Positions 51,160 to 64,000 of a stretch of 64,000 nucleotides of DNA are shown here, piece by piece; position 1 is the stretch's first letter; the number at the start of each line of letters is the position of its first letter. This stretch comes from Nannocystis bainbridge (lineage in GTDB: Bacteria; Myxococcota_A; Polyangia; Nannocystales; Nannocystaceae). The position numbers and the translations under genes are program-made. Location: contig NZ_JAQNDL010000001.1 of NCBI RefSeq assembly GCF_028368995.1, positions 3,744,001 to 3,808,000 of the forward strand, read 5' to 3'. The notes below the pieces were generated by a model. That model was not told where the DNA came from, did no database searches, and was given only the letters and a program-made list of their open reading frames with translations.

Positions 51160-52065
51160 ATGCGGACACTGCGCAAGATCTTCCAGCTCATCAAAGAAGC
51201 AGGGCTCGAGTTCTCTCGCGAGGACCCGTTCACGCAGGCGGGCGCGCTTTCTTATTACACGATGCTGTCGCTGGCGCCGTTCCTGCTGCTGCTGGTGGCC
51301 ATCGTCGGCCTGATCTACGGCGAGGAGGCCGCGCGCGGCGAGGTCGTCGATCGGCTGTCGCACTTCGTCGGGCCCCAGGCCGCCGAGGTGGCGCAGGACA
51401 TCCTCGCCCACGCGCACAAGGCCGGCGGCGGGTGGCTCTCGGCGGTCATCAGCGGCGTGGTCATGCTGGTCGGCGCGACCACGGCGTTCGGCCAGTTGCA
51501 GTCGGCCCTCGACCACATCTGGGGCGCCGCGCCGAGCCAGACCGGCTGGCGCAACACCGTGCGCGGGCGCCTGCTCGGCCTCGTGCTCATCCTCGCCATG
51601 GGCGGCGCCGTCGTCGCCCTGCTGGTGGCCGGCTCCGTCGTCTCCGGCCTGTCGGCGCTGCCCGGCACCGAGGGCCTCGGGTGGTTCTGGCGCCTCGTCG
51701 ACCTCGGCATCTCGGTCACGGTGATGACCGGCATGTTCGCGCTGCTGTTCAAGCTGCTGCCGAACGCCGAGGTCCGCTGGCGCGAGGTGGCCATCGGCGC
51801 CGCGACCACCTCGCTGCTGTTCACCATCGGTCAGTGGGCGATCGGCGTCTACCTCGGCCGCGCCGCCGTGGGTTCGGCCTACGGCGCGGCCGGCTCGGTG
51901 GTGGTGCTGATGGCGTGGGTCTACTACTCGTCGCTGATCATGCTGTTCGGCGCCGAGATCACGCAGGTCCACGCGCGGCGCTCCGGTCGCGCGATCGTCT
52001 CGCGCGGGCAGGCGCAGCCCGAGGACGGGCAGATGCCCGCCGGCGCCGTGACGTCGCATTCGTGA
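51160..52065 (+). CDS. YihY/virulence factor BrkB family membrane protein
   Basis: ALSYYTMLSLAP, YGAAGSVVVLMAWVYYS, FGAE; GGAG RBS. Confidence 0.92.
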   Translation: MRTLRKIFQLIKEAGLEFSREDPFTQAGALSYYTMLSLAPFLLLLVAIVGLIYGEEAARGEVVDRLSHFVGPQAAEVAQDILAHAHKAGGGWLSAVISGVVMLVGATTAFGQLQSALDHIWGAAPSQTGWRNTVRGRLLGLVLILAMGGAVVALLVAGSVVSGLSALPGTEGLGWFWRLVDLGISVTVMTGMFALLFKLLPNAEVRWREVAIGAATTSLLFTIGQWAIGVYLGRAAVGSAYGAAGSVVVLMAWVYYSSLIMLFGAEITQVHARRSGRAIVSRGQAQPEDGQMPAGAVTSHS

Positions 52066-52108
52066 CCGCGGTAGCGTCGGCCTGGCGCGGCGACTATGCT
52101 GCCGCGCC

Positions 52109-53134
52109 ATGCCGCACGACACGCTCCTCGTCTGCGACGATCGCATGCTCGGCCACGAGCAAGGCCCGCATCACCCCGAGAGCCCGGCCCGGCTGCGGGC
52201 GGTCTGCGAGCGCCTGCGCCGCGATCCGATCGCCGGCGTCCGCTGGGCCTCGGCCCCGCCGGCCACGCGTGAGCAGGTGCTGCGGGTGCACGACCCGGGC
52301 TACGTCGACACCGTCGACCGCGTCCGCGGCGTCGCCTTCGACCTCGACCCCGACGTCCTGCTCGGCCCCGGCAGCGTCGACGCCGCCTACCTGGCCGCAG
52401 GGGCAGGCATCGCCGCGGTCGAGGCGGTAGTCGGCGGCGCCGCCCGCCGCGCCTTCGCCCTGGTGCGCCCGCCGGGCCACCACGCGGAGCACAGCGCGGC
52501 GATGGGCTTCTGCGTGTTCAGCAACATCGCCGCGGCCGCCGAGCACGCCCGCGTCGCGCTCGGGCTGTCGCGCGTGCTGGTGGTCGACTGGGACGTCCAC
52601 CACGGCAACGGGACGCAGCACCTGTTCGAGGGCCGGCGCGACGTGATGGTGTTCAACACCCATCAAGCGCCGCACTACCCGGGCACCGGCGCGGCCGGGG
52701 AGGTCGGCAGCGGCGAGGGCCGCGGCTTCACCGTCAACGTCCCGCTGCCCGGCGGCCTCGGCGACGGCGACTACGCGACCATCTACCGCGACCTCCTGAC
52801 GCCGATCGCCGAGCAGTTCGCCCCCGAGCTGATCCTGGTGTCGGCCGGCTTCGACCCGCACCGCGACGACCCGCTCGGCGACATGCAGGTCACCGCCGAC
52901 GGCTTCGCCCACCTGTGCGGCGTGGTCTGCGAGCTCGCCGACCGCCTCGCCGAGGGCCGCCTGGTCCTCCTGCTCGAGGGTGGCTACGACCTCCGCGGCC
53001 TCGCCGACAGCGTCCACGCCTGCACGGCGGTGCTGGCCGGCAGCACGCCGCCCGGCGGGGGCCCCGCGAGCCCCGCCGGCGAGACAGCCGTCCGCCGCGC
53101 CCGCGCCGCGCAAGCCCCGTACTGGCGCCTCTGA
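52109..53134 (+). CDS. Histone deacetylase family protein
   Basis: HPESPARL, RPPGHHA, DWDVHHGNGTQ, SAGFD, LEGGY. Confidence 0.95.
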   Translation: MPHDTLLVCDDRMLGHEQGPHHPESPARLRAVCERLRRDPIAGVRWASAPPATREQVLRVHDPGYVDTVDRVRGVAFDLDPDVLLGPGSVDAAYLAAGAGIAAVEAVVGGAARRAFALVRPPGHHAEHSAAMGFCVFSNIAAAAEHARVALGLSRVLVVDWDVHHGNGTQHLFEGRRDVMVFNTHQAPHYPGTGAAGEVGSGEGRGFTVNVPLPGGLGDGDYATIYRDLLTPIAEQFAPELILVSAGFDPHRDDPLGDMQVTADGFAHLCGVVCELADRLAEGRLVLLLEGGYDLRGLADSVHACTAVLAGSTPPGGGPASPAGETAVRRARAAQAPYWRL

Positions 53135-53212
53135 CCGACCCGCCCGTCCGTGAGCTCGCCCAGCTCGGCGCCCGCGCCGGCTTCCGTTACTCTCCGCCTC
53201 CGCCGCCGAGCC

Positions 53213-53578
53213 ATGGACATCTTCAAACAGTTCCGCTTCGAGGCCGCCCACCTGCTGCCCAACGTGCCCGCGGGCCACAAGTGCGCGCGGCTGCACGGCC
53301 ACTCGTTCATGATCGAGATCCACGTGCGGGGCCCGGTCGGCGACACGAGCGGCTGGGTGCTCGACTTCGCCGACATCGGCGCCGCCTGGCAACCGCTGCA
53401 CGCGCTGCTCGACCACCACTACCTCAACGAGGTCGAAGGCCTCGAGAACCCGACCAGCGAGCTGCTGGCCCGGTGGATCTGGCGCCGCTTGCTGCCCGCC
53501 CTGCCCGGCCTGTCGCAGGTGGTCGTCCGCGAGACCTGCACCACCGGCTGCATCTACCGCGGCGAAGACGAGCGCTAG
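53213..53578 (+). CDS. queD: 6-carboxytetrahydropterin synthase
   Basis: [30 protein letters not shown]. Confidence 0.95.
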   Translation: MDIFKQFRFEAAHLLPNVPAGHKCARLHGHSFMIEIHVRGPVGDTSGWVLDFADIGAAWQPLHALLDHHYLNEVEGLENPTSELLARWIWRRLLPALPGLSQVVVRETCTTGCIYRGEDER

Positions 53579-53597
53579 ACCTCTTTTTTAAAGAGAG

Positions 53598-53657
53598 GAC
53601 ATGTTCATGAGGACATGTCCCCGAGGGCATGCTCTCGAGAACATGTCCTGAGGGTCT
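53598..53657. repeat. Phased 14-bp array at a convergent junction
   Basis: Units at 53602, 53616, 53630, 53644. Confidence 0.8.
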
Positions 53658-53778
53658 AGATCTGGCTGACGCCCGCGGCCATCGGCGCCGCGGAGCGACA
53701 GGCCCTGCTCGAGCGCCCCGCGTCGCTCGCCGCACCGCGACGCGCCCGCGCGAGGGCGCGTCGCTGCGGCACACTCAC

Positions 53779-54996
53779 TCACTTATTAAACGTGCGCGAG
53801 TAGAGCTCGTTGCCGTTCTTGTCGAAGATGACGCCGGTGAAGCTGTTGTCGTTGAGCTCCACCCAGGTGAAGCCTTCCATCTCGGCGATCTGGAAGTGGA
53901 ACGGGTTGCTGCCCTCGATCGTGTTGGCCTTGCTGCCCGCGCCGGCGACGATGAACTCGGTGCCGCAGGCCGCCTGCAGCCACTGCATCGTGTGGTCGTG
54001 GCCGCAGATGTAGACGTCGATCTTGCCGCAGACCGACTCCTCCATGAACTCCTTGACGGAGTCGCCGGCCACGAACGGCAGCGGGATGCCCTCGAGGTCC
54101 TCGTAGTCGCCGGCGTTGCCGTGGTCGCCGTTCGAGAGGTAGGGGTGGTGGCCGAAGCCGATCTTCCACGTCGCGGTGCTGGCGGCGAGGGTCTGGTCGA
54201 GCCAGTTCTGCTGCGGGTCGGCGCTGCCGTTGAACGGATCCGTCATCACCTGGTTGGTGTCGAGGCCCCAGAACTCCGCGTGGGCCTGCTTCCACGAGTA
54301 GTACTTGTCCGGCATGCGCCACAGCTCGCTGTGCTGGGTGTACTCGACCTGGTAGTCGGACTTGTTGGTGTCGAAGTCGACGCCGATGCCGCCGCCGCCG
54401 TAGTCGTGGTTGCCGAGCACCGCGTAGATCGGGAACGTGATGCCCATGTAGGGCAGCTCGAACTTCTCCTGCCACTGCGGGTCGTCGACGCCCTCGACGC
54501 CGCTGTCGTAGAAGTTGTCGCCGGTCAGCATCGCCCAGTCGCAGCCGCGCTGCTCGCACACGGCGATGATCGCGTCGGCGACCTGATACTGGTCCTCGTT
54601 GCCCTCGCCGACGTCGCCGAGCACCACGAAGCGGACCAGCCCGCCGGTCCCCTCGGTCGTCTCCTCGCCGGTCGTGGAGGTCGTGGAGGTCGTGCTCGTC
54701 GTCGTGCCCGGGGTGGTGGCCGTGGTCGTCGACGAGGTCGGGTCGCTGGTCGGGCCCGCGGTCGGGTCGGGCTCGGTCGTATTGGTCTGACCGCCGGACT
54801 GGGTGCCGTCGCTCGAGCCGGGCCCACCGGTGACCATGGTCGGGTCGGGCGTCTGCGTCGCGGCGGTCGAGTCGGACGACTGCGCGGTGGTTTCGACGCT
54901 CTGCGTGCCCGCGCCCGTGCCTCCGTCGTCGCTGCAACCACCGGCGAACACCGCCGCGAGCATCGTCCCACGCGCAATTCGGCTGACCATCTTCAT
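53779..54996 (-). CDS. Metallophosphoesterase (TRAP/purple acid phosphatase-like) lipoprotein
   Basis: Lipobox AGGC, GDVG, GDNFY, LGNHDY, GHHP, CGHDH; start among several ATGs 54990-55005. Confidence 0.88.
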   Translation of the reverse strand: MKMVSRIARGTMLAAVFAGGCSDDGGTGAGTQSVETTAQSSDSTAATQTPDPTMVTGGPGSSDGTQSGGQTNTTEPDPTAGPTSDPTSSTTTATTPGTTTSTTSTTSTTGEETTEGTGGLVRFVVLGDVGEGNEDQYQVADAIIAVCEQRGCDWAMLTGDNFYDSGVEGVDDPQWQEKFELPYMGITFPIYAVLGNHDYGGGGIGVDFDTNKSDYQVEYTQHSELWRMPDKYYSWKQAHAEFWGLDTNQVMTDPFNGSADPQQNWLDQTLAASTATWKIGFGHHPYLSNGDHGNAGDYEDLEGIPLPFVAGDSVKEFMEESVCGKIDVYICGHDHTMQWLQAACGTEFIVAGAGSKANTIEGSNPFHFQIAEMEGFTWVELNDNSFTGVIFDKNGNELYSRTFNK

Positions 54997-55396
54997 GTCC
55001 ATCATCCCCTCAGGCCGCGGCAATATACACGAGCGGCCCAGCCCGAAGCGTCGCGAAGGCCACGCGCAGGTGAACCCTGTAGCGATCGTCGACGCACGTG
55101 CGCAAGCTCGCGGGTGTCGCCCGCGATGATTGGGGCCTCGATGCGACGCCCATCGCCGCGTCGTCGCCCGTTGCAAGCGTGCGCCGATCCTCGCGCGAGC
55201 GGCCCGGGGGCATCGAGGCTCGCAGCGACACCTCGCCGATCCGCTGCGCCGCCCCTCGCCTGTCGGGCGCGCGCCACTCGCCATCGCGGCAGGCAGCGTC
55301 GGTCTGTTCCGTCGATCGCGGCTCCATGGCTCGCCTCCTCGCGCGGCTGCGCCCGGGGCGCGGCCGCGAACCGAGATTCGTGCTACTCGCGAGGCC

Positions 55397-56152
55397 ATGT
55401 CGTCCGCTGCCGCCTCCTCGAGCCTCCCGCGCGGCCTCCAGCTGGCCGGCCGTGGCCTGCAGATCGCGCTCGCCAGCCCCGAGGTCCGCCGCGCCTATCT
55501 CCGCCTGGCGGTGGTGCTGGTCATCCTCGCCGTCGTGCTCACGGCGCTGCTCGGCGGCCTGCTGTGGTGGCTGGTGCCTGTCTCTGGGGACATGTCCTGG
55601 ACGACATGGCTCGGGCGCTGGGCGCTGCGGATCGGCGGCGGCCTGCTGGCGCTGGTGGCCGCGCCGATGCTGTCCTTCTTCGTCGTCAGCATCGGCCTCC
55701 CGTTCCTGGCCGACGGCGTGTTCATGGCCGGCATGCGCGCGACCGACCCGGCGCTGGCGGCCCGGCTCGAGCGGCCGGCCGAGCTCGGGTTCGTGGCCGC
55801 GACCGTCGGCAGCATCCGCCGCGCGGTCTATTTCCTCGGCGTCACCGCGGTCCTGTTCGGGCTCACGCTGGTCCCGTTCGTCGGGCCGCTGCTCGGGCCG
55901 CCGCTGCAGCTGTGGTACGCGGCGCGGACCTTCACCTGGGAGCTGCTCGACCCGTACTTCGAGCGGACCGGCCAGACCTACGCGCAACAGCAGACGGTCG
56001 TGCGGGCCCACCGCGCGACCCTCGCCGGCTTTGGTCTGCCGTGGGTGGCGGTGATGGCCCTCCCATTCGTGGGCCCTCTGCTCTTTGGTCTCGCGCAGGC
56101 CGCCGTGGCGACGGTCGTCGCCGACGAGCTCGAAGCGGCTACAGCGCGCTGA
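55397..56152 (+). CDS. EI24/CysZ-like membrane protein
   Basis: Hydrophobic helices, LVPFVG, WELLDPY, AGFG...LPFVG. Confidence 0.75.
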   Translation: MSSAAASSSLPRGLQLAGRGLQIALASPEVRRAYLRLAVVLVILAVVLTALLGGLLWWLVPVSGDMSWTTWLGRWALRIGGGLLALVAAPMLSFFVVSIGLPFLADGVFMAGMRATDPALAARLERPAELGFVAATVGSIRRAVYFLGVTAVLFGLTLVPFVGPLLGPPLQLWYAARTFTWELLDPYFERTGQTYAQQQTVVRAHRATLAGFGLPWVAVMALPFVGPLLFGLAQAAVATVVADELEAATAR

Positions 56153-56434
56153 TTCTGTCCGCGGGGACAATCGGACAATCGTCCGGGCGACCGTCCGCAA
56201 CCTGTCGGAAAGGCCAGGTGGTCGGCACAGCTCGCTGGGGGCCCGAGGTCCGAGATCGGGACGCCACTCGAACCGCGTTCGTCAGGCCCCTGAGGGGCGT
56301 GGACACCGCCCCCCAGGCTGACTGCTGAGGCAGGGCTTTCCAGCCCTGTGCACACGTCGTAGGATATCAACCTCGATGTCGGCCCAAAAGGTATCCTGAT
56401 GGCCCCTTCTCGTCAAATTGACGCTTCCAGGGTT

Positions 56435-56450
56435 TGGCAAGCTTCTTGCT
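56435..56450 (+). promoter_or_regulatory. Sigma54-type -24/-12 promoter
   Basis: TGGCAAGCTTCTTGCT with exact GG-N10-GC spacing. Confidence 0.65.
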
Positions 56451-56479
56451 GTTAGAGACCTGCCCCCCCTGGAGCCGCC

Positions 56480-56659
56480 ATGTCCGCCAAGACCGAAGTT
56501 CCCTGGGTCTACCTGTGCCTCAAGGTGCAATACGCCTCTCCACAGGTCGGTGCCCGCCTGGCTCTGGGGTTAGCCCATACCTGGCCCGCGAACGACAGTG
56601 TAGAAGCCCCCACGCCCGTCGCGCCGGGCAAGCTCGGCGCCCGCCGTGACAGCGCCTAG
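56480..56659 (+). CDS. Unannotated 59-aa small protein
   Basis: GGAG RBS at 56471, ATG 56480, TAG 56657-56659; MSAKTEVPWVYLCLKVQYASPQVGARLALGLAHTWPANDSVEAPTPVAPGKLGARRDSA. Confidence 0.5.
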   Translation: MSAKTEVPWVYLCLKVQYASPQVGARLALGLAHTWPANDSVEAPTPVAPGKLGARRDSA

Positions 56660-56902
56660 ACCGCTGTTCTCTTGCCCTGGCGGCTGATTCTGTCGCCGCC
56701 GGGCCCCACCCTGTCCCGTCCTGTTTCGCGCCGGCAGGCTCCGCTCCTGGGGCCGCTCGCCCGCGCAGGATCGCCCGACCCGAAGCCCGGACGCCTGTCC
56801 GCTTCGTGTTGACACCACCAGCGTCGCGGCCTCTCGCCGGCCGTCAGACCGGGCCCCGGCAGCCCTAGAGTCCTCCCGCCCGCGACGCGCGGGGGAGGAC
56901 CC

Positions 56903-57928
<1,026 letters not shown>

Positions 57929-57937
57929 CCCGTTCGC

Positions 57938-57969
57938 AAGGGACAGGTCCCCGAGGACCTGTCCCTTTC
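57938..57969. terminator. Hairpin built from motif units between convergent genes
   Basis: AAGGGACAGGTCC-CCGA-GGACCTGTCCCTT 13-bp inverted repeat; phased units 57946/57960/57974. Confidence 0.6.
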
Positions 57970-57990
57970 AACATGTCCGAGAGGACCGAC

Positions 57991-58422
57991 TCAGTGCAGC
58001 CACTCGTGGCGGCGAGCCCGCTCCTGCAGGGCCTGGACCGAGTCGTTGGTGTAGTCGCCGATGATCTCGCGGACCACCGACTTCTGCAGGGTGGCCCTGG
58101 CGACCTCGCGCAGGCGACCGACGAAGTCGGCCGGGGCGGCGATGACCAGGCGGCCGAACTGACGCTGGTGCTGGGCCTGCGTCAGGCGCTCGACGATCTG
58201 GCGCACGAACTTGGAGTCTTGCTCCTCGGCCGCGCCGCGGGTCTCGCTGACCAGGTCACGCCGACCTGACGCGCTGCTCGAACCCCCGCGCCGCTCGTAA
58301 CGGGGACGTTCGGGGCTCTCGAGCGTCTCGATCGGGGTCAACGTGGGCTTCATGCGGGAGCCTTGGACCTCGAAGAGCAGGGCCTGACTGCGATCCGCGA
58401 CGACGAACCAGGTCGATTCCAT
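57991..58422 (-). CDS. Host attachment protein family
   Basis: TWFVVAD, RLVIAAP..FVG.LR; GAGGAGG RBS. Confidence 0.85.
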   Translation of the reverse strand: MESTWFVVADRSQALLFEVQGSRMKPTLTPIETLESPERPRYERRGGSSSASGRRDLVSETRGAAEEQDSKFVRQIVERLTQAQHQRQFGRLVIAAPADFVGRLREVARATLQKSVVREIIGDYTNDSVQALQERARRHEWLH

Positions 58423-58805
58423 TCCGGTACCTCCTCATTTTCGATGCTGGGGCAGGCCGTGAGGCCGTACAAGCCGGGACGGGCCGCCCGGCCGCGTGAA
58501 CAACCGCGGGGCCCCTGCCGCCCATTCCCGCCCGGCGATCCCCCAGCGCCGCGCCCCCGGCCTCGCGTCGGCGCGGCAAAACTCCGTGACTACGCGTGAA
58601 TTCCCGGTCCCGGGGGCCTGGCGCGCTTCGTGAGCCGGCGCATCTACGTCGGCCGCCTCACGCACCGCCGCTGCGGGCCCCTGCAGCAGCGCTGCGGGGC
58701 CGGGCGCGGCCATAGCGCGGGGGGCGCCGCCAGGGTCCGCGGCGGCCGGCAAAAGCGCGTAGCCGCGTCGGACCGCCCGCGCTATCCTCCCGCCCCTCAC
58801 GGCGT

Positions 58806-61412
<2,607 letters not shown>

Positions 61413-61414
61413 CC

Positions 61415-61456
61415 TGTCCCTCCGGACATGTTCTCAAGCACCTGGCCCCGAGGACA
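61415..61456. repeat. Three phased 14-bp units filling the gyrA-hemL spacer
   Basis: Units 61415 (perfect), 61429, 61443; the last contains the GAGG before the hemL ATG. Confidence 0.75.
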
Positions 61457-61459
61457 GCG

Positions 61460-62809
61460 ATGAGCACCACGCCCGAGTTCTGGACCCAGATCCCCGGTGA
61501 CGGCCGGGCCGGCGCCAACAGCCGCGCGCTCTTCAACGCCGCCCAGTTCGTCATCCCGGGCGGCGTCAACAGCCCGGTGCGCGCGTTCAAGGCGGTCGGC
61601 GGCGACCCGCCGTTCATCCGCGCCGCCCGCGGGCCCTACCTGCTGACGGAGGACGGCGTCACTCTGGTCGACTACGTCGGCTCCTGGGGCCCGGCGATCC
61701 TCGGCCACGCCCACCCCGAGGTGGTCGACGCCGTCTGCCGCGCCGCCCGCGACGGCCTGTCCTTCGGGGCATGTTCGGCCGGCGAGGTCGAGTTCGCCGA
61801 GCTGCTGTGCCGCGTGGTCCCGGCGCTCAAGGACGGCATGGTCCGCCTGGTCTCGTCGGGCACCGAGGCGACGATGAGCGCCCTGCGGCTGGCCCGCGGC
61901 TTCACCGGCCGCAGCAAGATCGTCAAGATCGACGGCGGCTACCACGGCCACGCCGACTTCCTGCTGGTGGCCGCCGGCTCGGGCGCCGCCACCCTCGGCA
62001 TCCCCGGCTCCGAGGGCGTGCCCGCGGCCACGGTCGCCGACACCCTCACCGTCCCGTTCAACAGCGTCGTCGCCGTCGAGCAGGTGCTCGAGCAGCACCG
62101 CGGCGACATCGCCGCCATCATCGTCGAGCCCGTGCCCGGCAACATGGGCTGCGTGCCGCCCGACCCCGGCTACCTGCAGGCGCTGCGCGACGCCTGCACC
62201 CGCGAGGGCGTGGTCCTGGTGTTCGACGAGGTGATGACGGGCTTCCGCGTCGCCCTCGGCGGCGCCCAGCAGCGCTACGGCGTCACCCCCGACCTCGTCT
62301 GCCTCGGCAAGATCGTCGGCGGCGGCATGCCGGTCGGCGCCTACGGCGGTCGCCGCGACATCATGCAGCACGTCGCCCCGCTGGGCCCGGTCTACCAGGC
62401 GGGCACCCTCAGCGGGAACCCGGTCGCGGTCGCGGCCGGCCTGGCGACCCTGCAGATCTTGACCCGCGACGACCCCTACGCCGCCCTCGAGGCCACCTCC
62501 GCCGCCCTGGCCGCGGGCCTGTCCGCCCGCGCCGCCAAGGCCGGCGTGCCGGTGGTGATGAACCGCGTCGGCGCCATGTTCACCGGCTTCTTCCGCAGCG
62601 GAGAGGTCCACGACTACGACGACGCCAAGGCCAGCGACCTCGGCGCCTTCGCCGAATTCCACCGCGAGATGCTGACCTGCGGGGTCTACCTGGCGCCCTC
62701 GCAATTCGAGGCCAGCTTTGTCTCGCTCGCCCACGACGCCGCGGCCATCGAGCACACCCTCGCCGCCGCCGAGGCCGCCTTCGCCGCGGTCGCCCGTCGC
62801 TACGGCTAG
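61460..62809 (+). CDS. hemL: Glutamate-1-semialdehyde 2,1-aminomutase
   Basis: [49 protein letters not shown]. Confidence 0.96.
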   Translation: MSTTPEFWTQIPGDGRAGANSRALFNAAQFVIPGGVNSPVRAFKAVGGDPPFIRAARGPYLLTEDGVTLVDYVGSWGPAILGHAHPEVVDAVCRAARDGLSFGACSAGEVEFAELLCRVVPALKDGMVRLVSSGTEATMSALRLARGFTGRSKIVKIDGGYHGHADFLLVAAGSGAATLGIPGSEGVPAATVADTLTVPFNSVVAVEQVLEQHRGDIAAIIVEPVPGNMGCVPPDPGYLQALRDACTREGVVLVFDEVMTGFRVALGGAQQRYGVTPDLVCLGKIVGGGMPVGAYGGRRDIMQHVAPLGPVYQAGTLSGNPVAVAAGLATLQILTRDDPYAALEATSAALAAGLSARAAKAGVPVVMNRVGAMFTGFFRSGEVHDYDDAKASDLGAFAEFHREMLTCGVYLAPSQFEASFVSLAHDAAAIEHTLAAAEAAFAAVARRYG

Positions 62810-62827
62810 CGAGGGAGAGATCCGCCC

Positions 62828-63163
62828 ATGACCGAACGCCGCAAGAGAGAGCCGCTGCTCAAGCAGGCGCGGTGGTTCCAGCTCGCCGAGGCCGGCTCGG
62901 TCGGCATCGAGATGGCCGTGGCGATCGCCATCGGCGCGTTTGGGGGCATGTACCTCGAGCGTCACGTCACGCACTGGGCCCCGTGGACCACCTACATCGG
63001 CCTGGCGGTCGGCATCAGCGCCGCCGGGCTGGCGGTGGTCCGCACCGCCCGCAAGTTCAGCGCCCGCATCGAGGCCGAGGAGCGGGCCGAGGCGCGGGCC
63101 GCCGGGGCCAGTCCCCAAAGTCACCAAAGTCACGAGTCGACTGACGATCCCGAGGTCCGGTAG
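62828..63163 (+). CDS. AtpZ/AtpI-family ATP synthase accessory protein
   Basis: SVGIEMAVAI..G...G.YLE two-helix pattern; first gene before atpB. Confidence 0.8.
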   Translation: MTERRKREPLLKQARWFQLAEAGSVGIEMAVAIAIGAFGGMYLERHVTHWAPWTTYIGLAVGISAAGLAVVRTARKFSARIEAEERAEARAAGASPQSHQSHESTDDPEVR

Positions 63164-63165
63164 TC

Positions 63166-63582
63166 GTGGATCCGGCGATCTGGGATCTCGTACGGCGCCG
63201 CGTGTATTTGTGGACGCTCACGCTCACCGCGATCGCGGCCGGCCTCGCAGCCGCGCTGGCGGGCGCCGAGCAGGGTTGGAGCGTCGTCGCCGGGGCTCTG
63301 ATCGGCTTCGTCAACCTCGCCTCGCTCGCGCGGGCCGTGGTGCGCCTGGTGGGCGAGGCGCGGGCCGACCCGCAGCGGCACGCCGGCGGGGGCGGCGGAG
63401 CGGTGCTCGCTCTGGTGCGCTGGCCGGTCGCTGCTCTTGCGACCGTCGCCGTCCTTTGGTACATGCCCGGCCGACCTGAGGGGCTCGCAGCAGGGGTCCT
63501 GGCGGCATTGGCCGCCTTCTGCCTGGCGGCACTCCACAGCCGCGCCGACCTCTCCCGCGACGATCCCGAACCGGACGCCTGA
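63166..63582 (+). CDS. ATP synthase subunit I-like membrane protein
   Basis: Four hydrophobic helices, GALIGFVN; position between atpZ-like gene and atpB. Confidence 0.7.
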   Translation: MDPAIWDLVRRRVYLWTLTLTAIAAGLAAALAGAEQGWSVVAGALIGFVNLASLARAVVRLVGEARADPQRHAGGGGGAVLALVRWPVAALATVAVLWYMPGRPEGLAAGVLAALAAFCLAALHSRADLSRDDPEPDA

Positions 63583-63584
63583 AC

Positions 63585-64000
63585 ATGGGTGATCACGACA
63601 GTTGGTACACGCTCCTGATGCCCGAGTTTTGGGCCCACCTGGAGTCCAGCGCCGCCGAGCATCTCGCCCGTGACAAGGCGTTCCTGATCTTCGGTGCCTC
63701 GCACTTCACGCTGGTGCACGTCGCCGGCGCCCTCCTCGCCTTCATCATTTTGATCATCGCCGCGCTGCGCTACCGCGCCAGCCTGCAGGACAGTTCGCGC
63801 GGGGTGATCCCGCCGCGCAACTTCGGTCTGGCGGCGATGGTCGATGGCTTCGTCGGCGCGGTCTACAACCTCTCGGCCGACGTCATGGGTGAGGAGGACG
63901 CCAAGAAGTTCCTCCCGCTGACCGGCACGCTGGCGCTGTTCATCTTCGTCTGCAACATCCAGGGTCTGGTCCCCGGCATGTTGCCGCCGACCGACACGCT
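63585..64000 (+). CDS. atpB: F0F1 ATP synthase subunit a (3'-truncated)
   Basis: Translated by hand: ...KKFLPLTGTLALFIFVCNIQGLVPGMLPPTD. Confidence 0.9.
   Translation, partial: MGDHDSWYTLLMPEFWAHLESSAAEHLARDKAFLIFGASHFTLVHVAGALLAFIILIIAALRYRASLQDSSRGVIPPRNFGLAAMVDGFVGAVYNLSADVMGEEDAKKFLPLTGTLALFIFVCNIQGLVPGMLPPTDT

Noticed and set aside
56156-56660. tmRNA, 6S, RNase P or SRP RNA
   Set aside because: No tRNA-like ends or CCA, no GAGGAAAGTCC, no SRP GGAAGG loop; the ANDS codons are not followed by an AA-stop tag; only vague 6S resemblance
63110-63140. Short AGTCACCAA-like tandem repeat at the end of the atpZ-like gene
   Set aside because: Only 2-3 imperfect 9-bp copies in a disordered tail; likely slippage

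Overview
High-GC (about 70%+) bacterial chromosome segment. Gene content and the many Thr-rich lipoproteins suggest a myxobacterium of the Nannocystis type (inference). About 47 genuine CDS: AcrAB-type efflux with TetR, dusA, a stand-alone LigD polymerase domain, IscA/ErpA, gap, a wecA-like/wecB/wecC/heparinase cluster, a beta-propeller di-heme protein, an AAA protein plus two tandem cation:H+ antiporter-USP paralogs, tamAB, HDAC, queD, and gyrA-hemL-atpZ/I/B. No rRNA, tRNA, CRISPR, transposase or integrase was seen. The main unexplained signal is a 14-bp palindrome, TGTCY-N4-RGACA (TGTC-N6-GACA). I counted at least 33 perfect copies by eye, against roughly 0.4 expected by chance. It forms head-to-tail arrays with an exact 14-bp period, clusters at convergent gene ends, builds hairpins with compensatory changes, and is written into coding sequences using rare codons. 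Secondary signals are a sigma54-type promoter before an unannotated 59-aa ORF, and recurrent -10 boxes just upstream of start codons (leaderless-like). All calls are by eye, without database searches.
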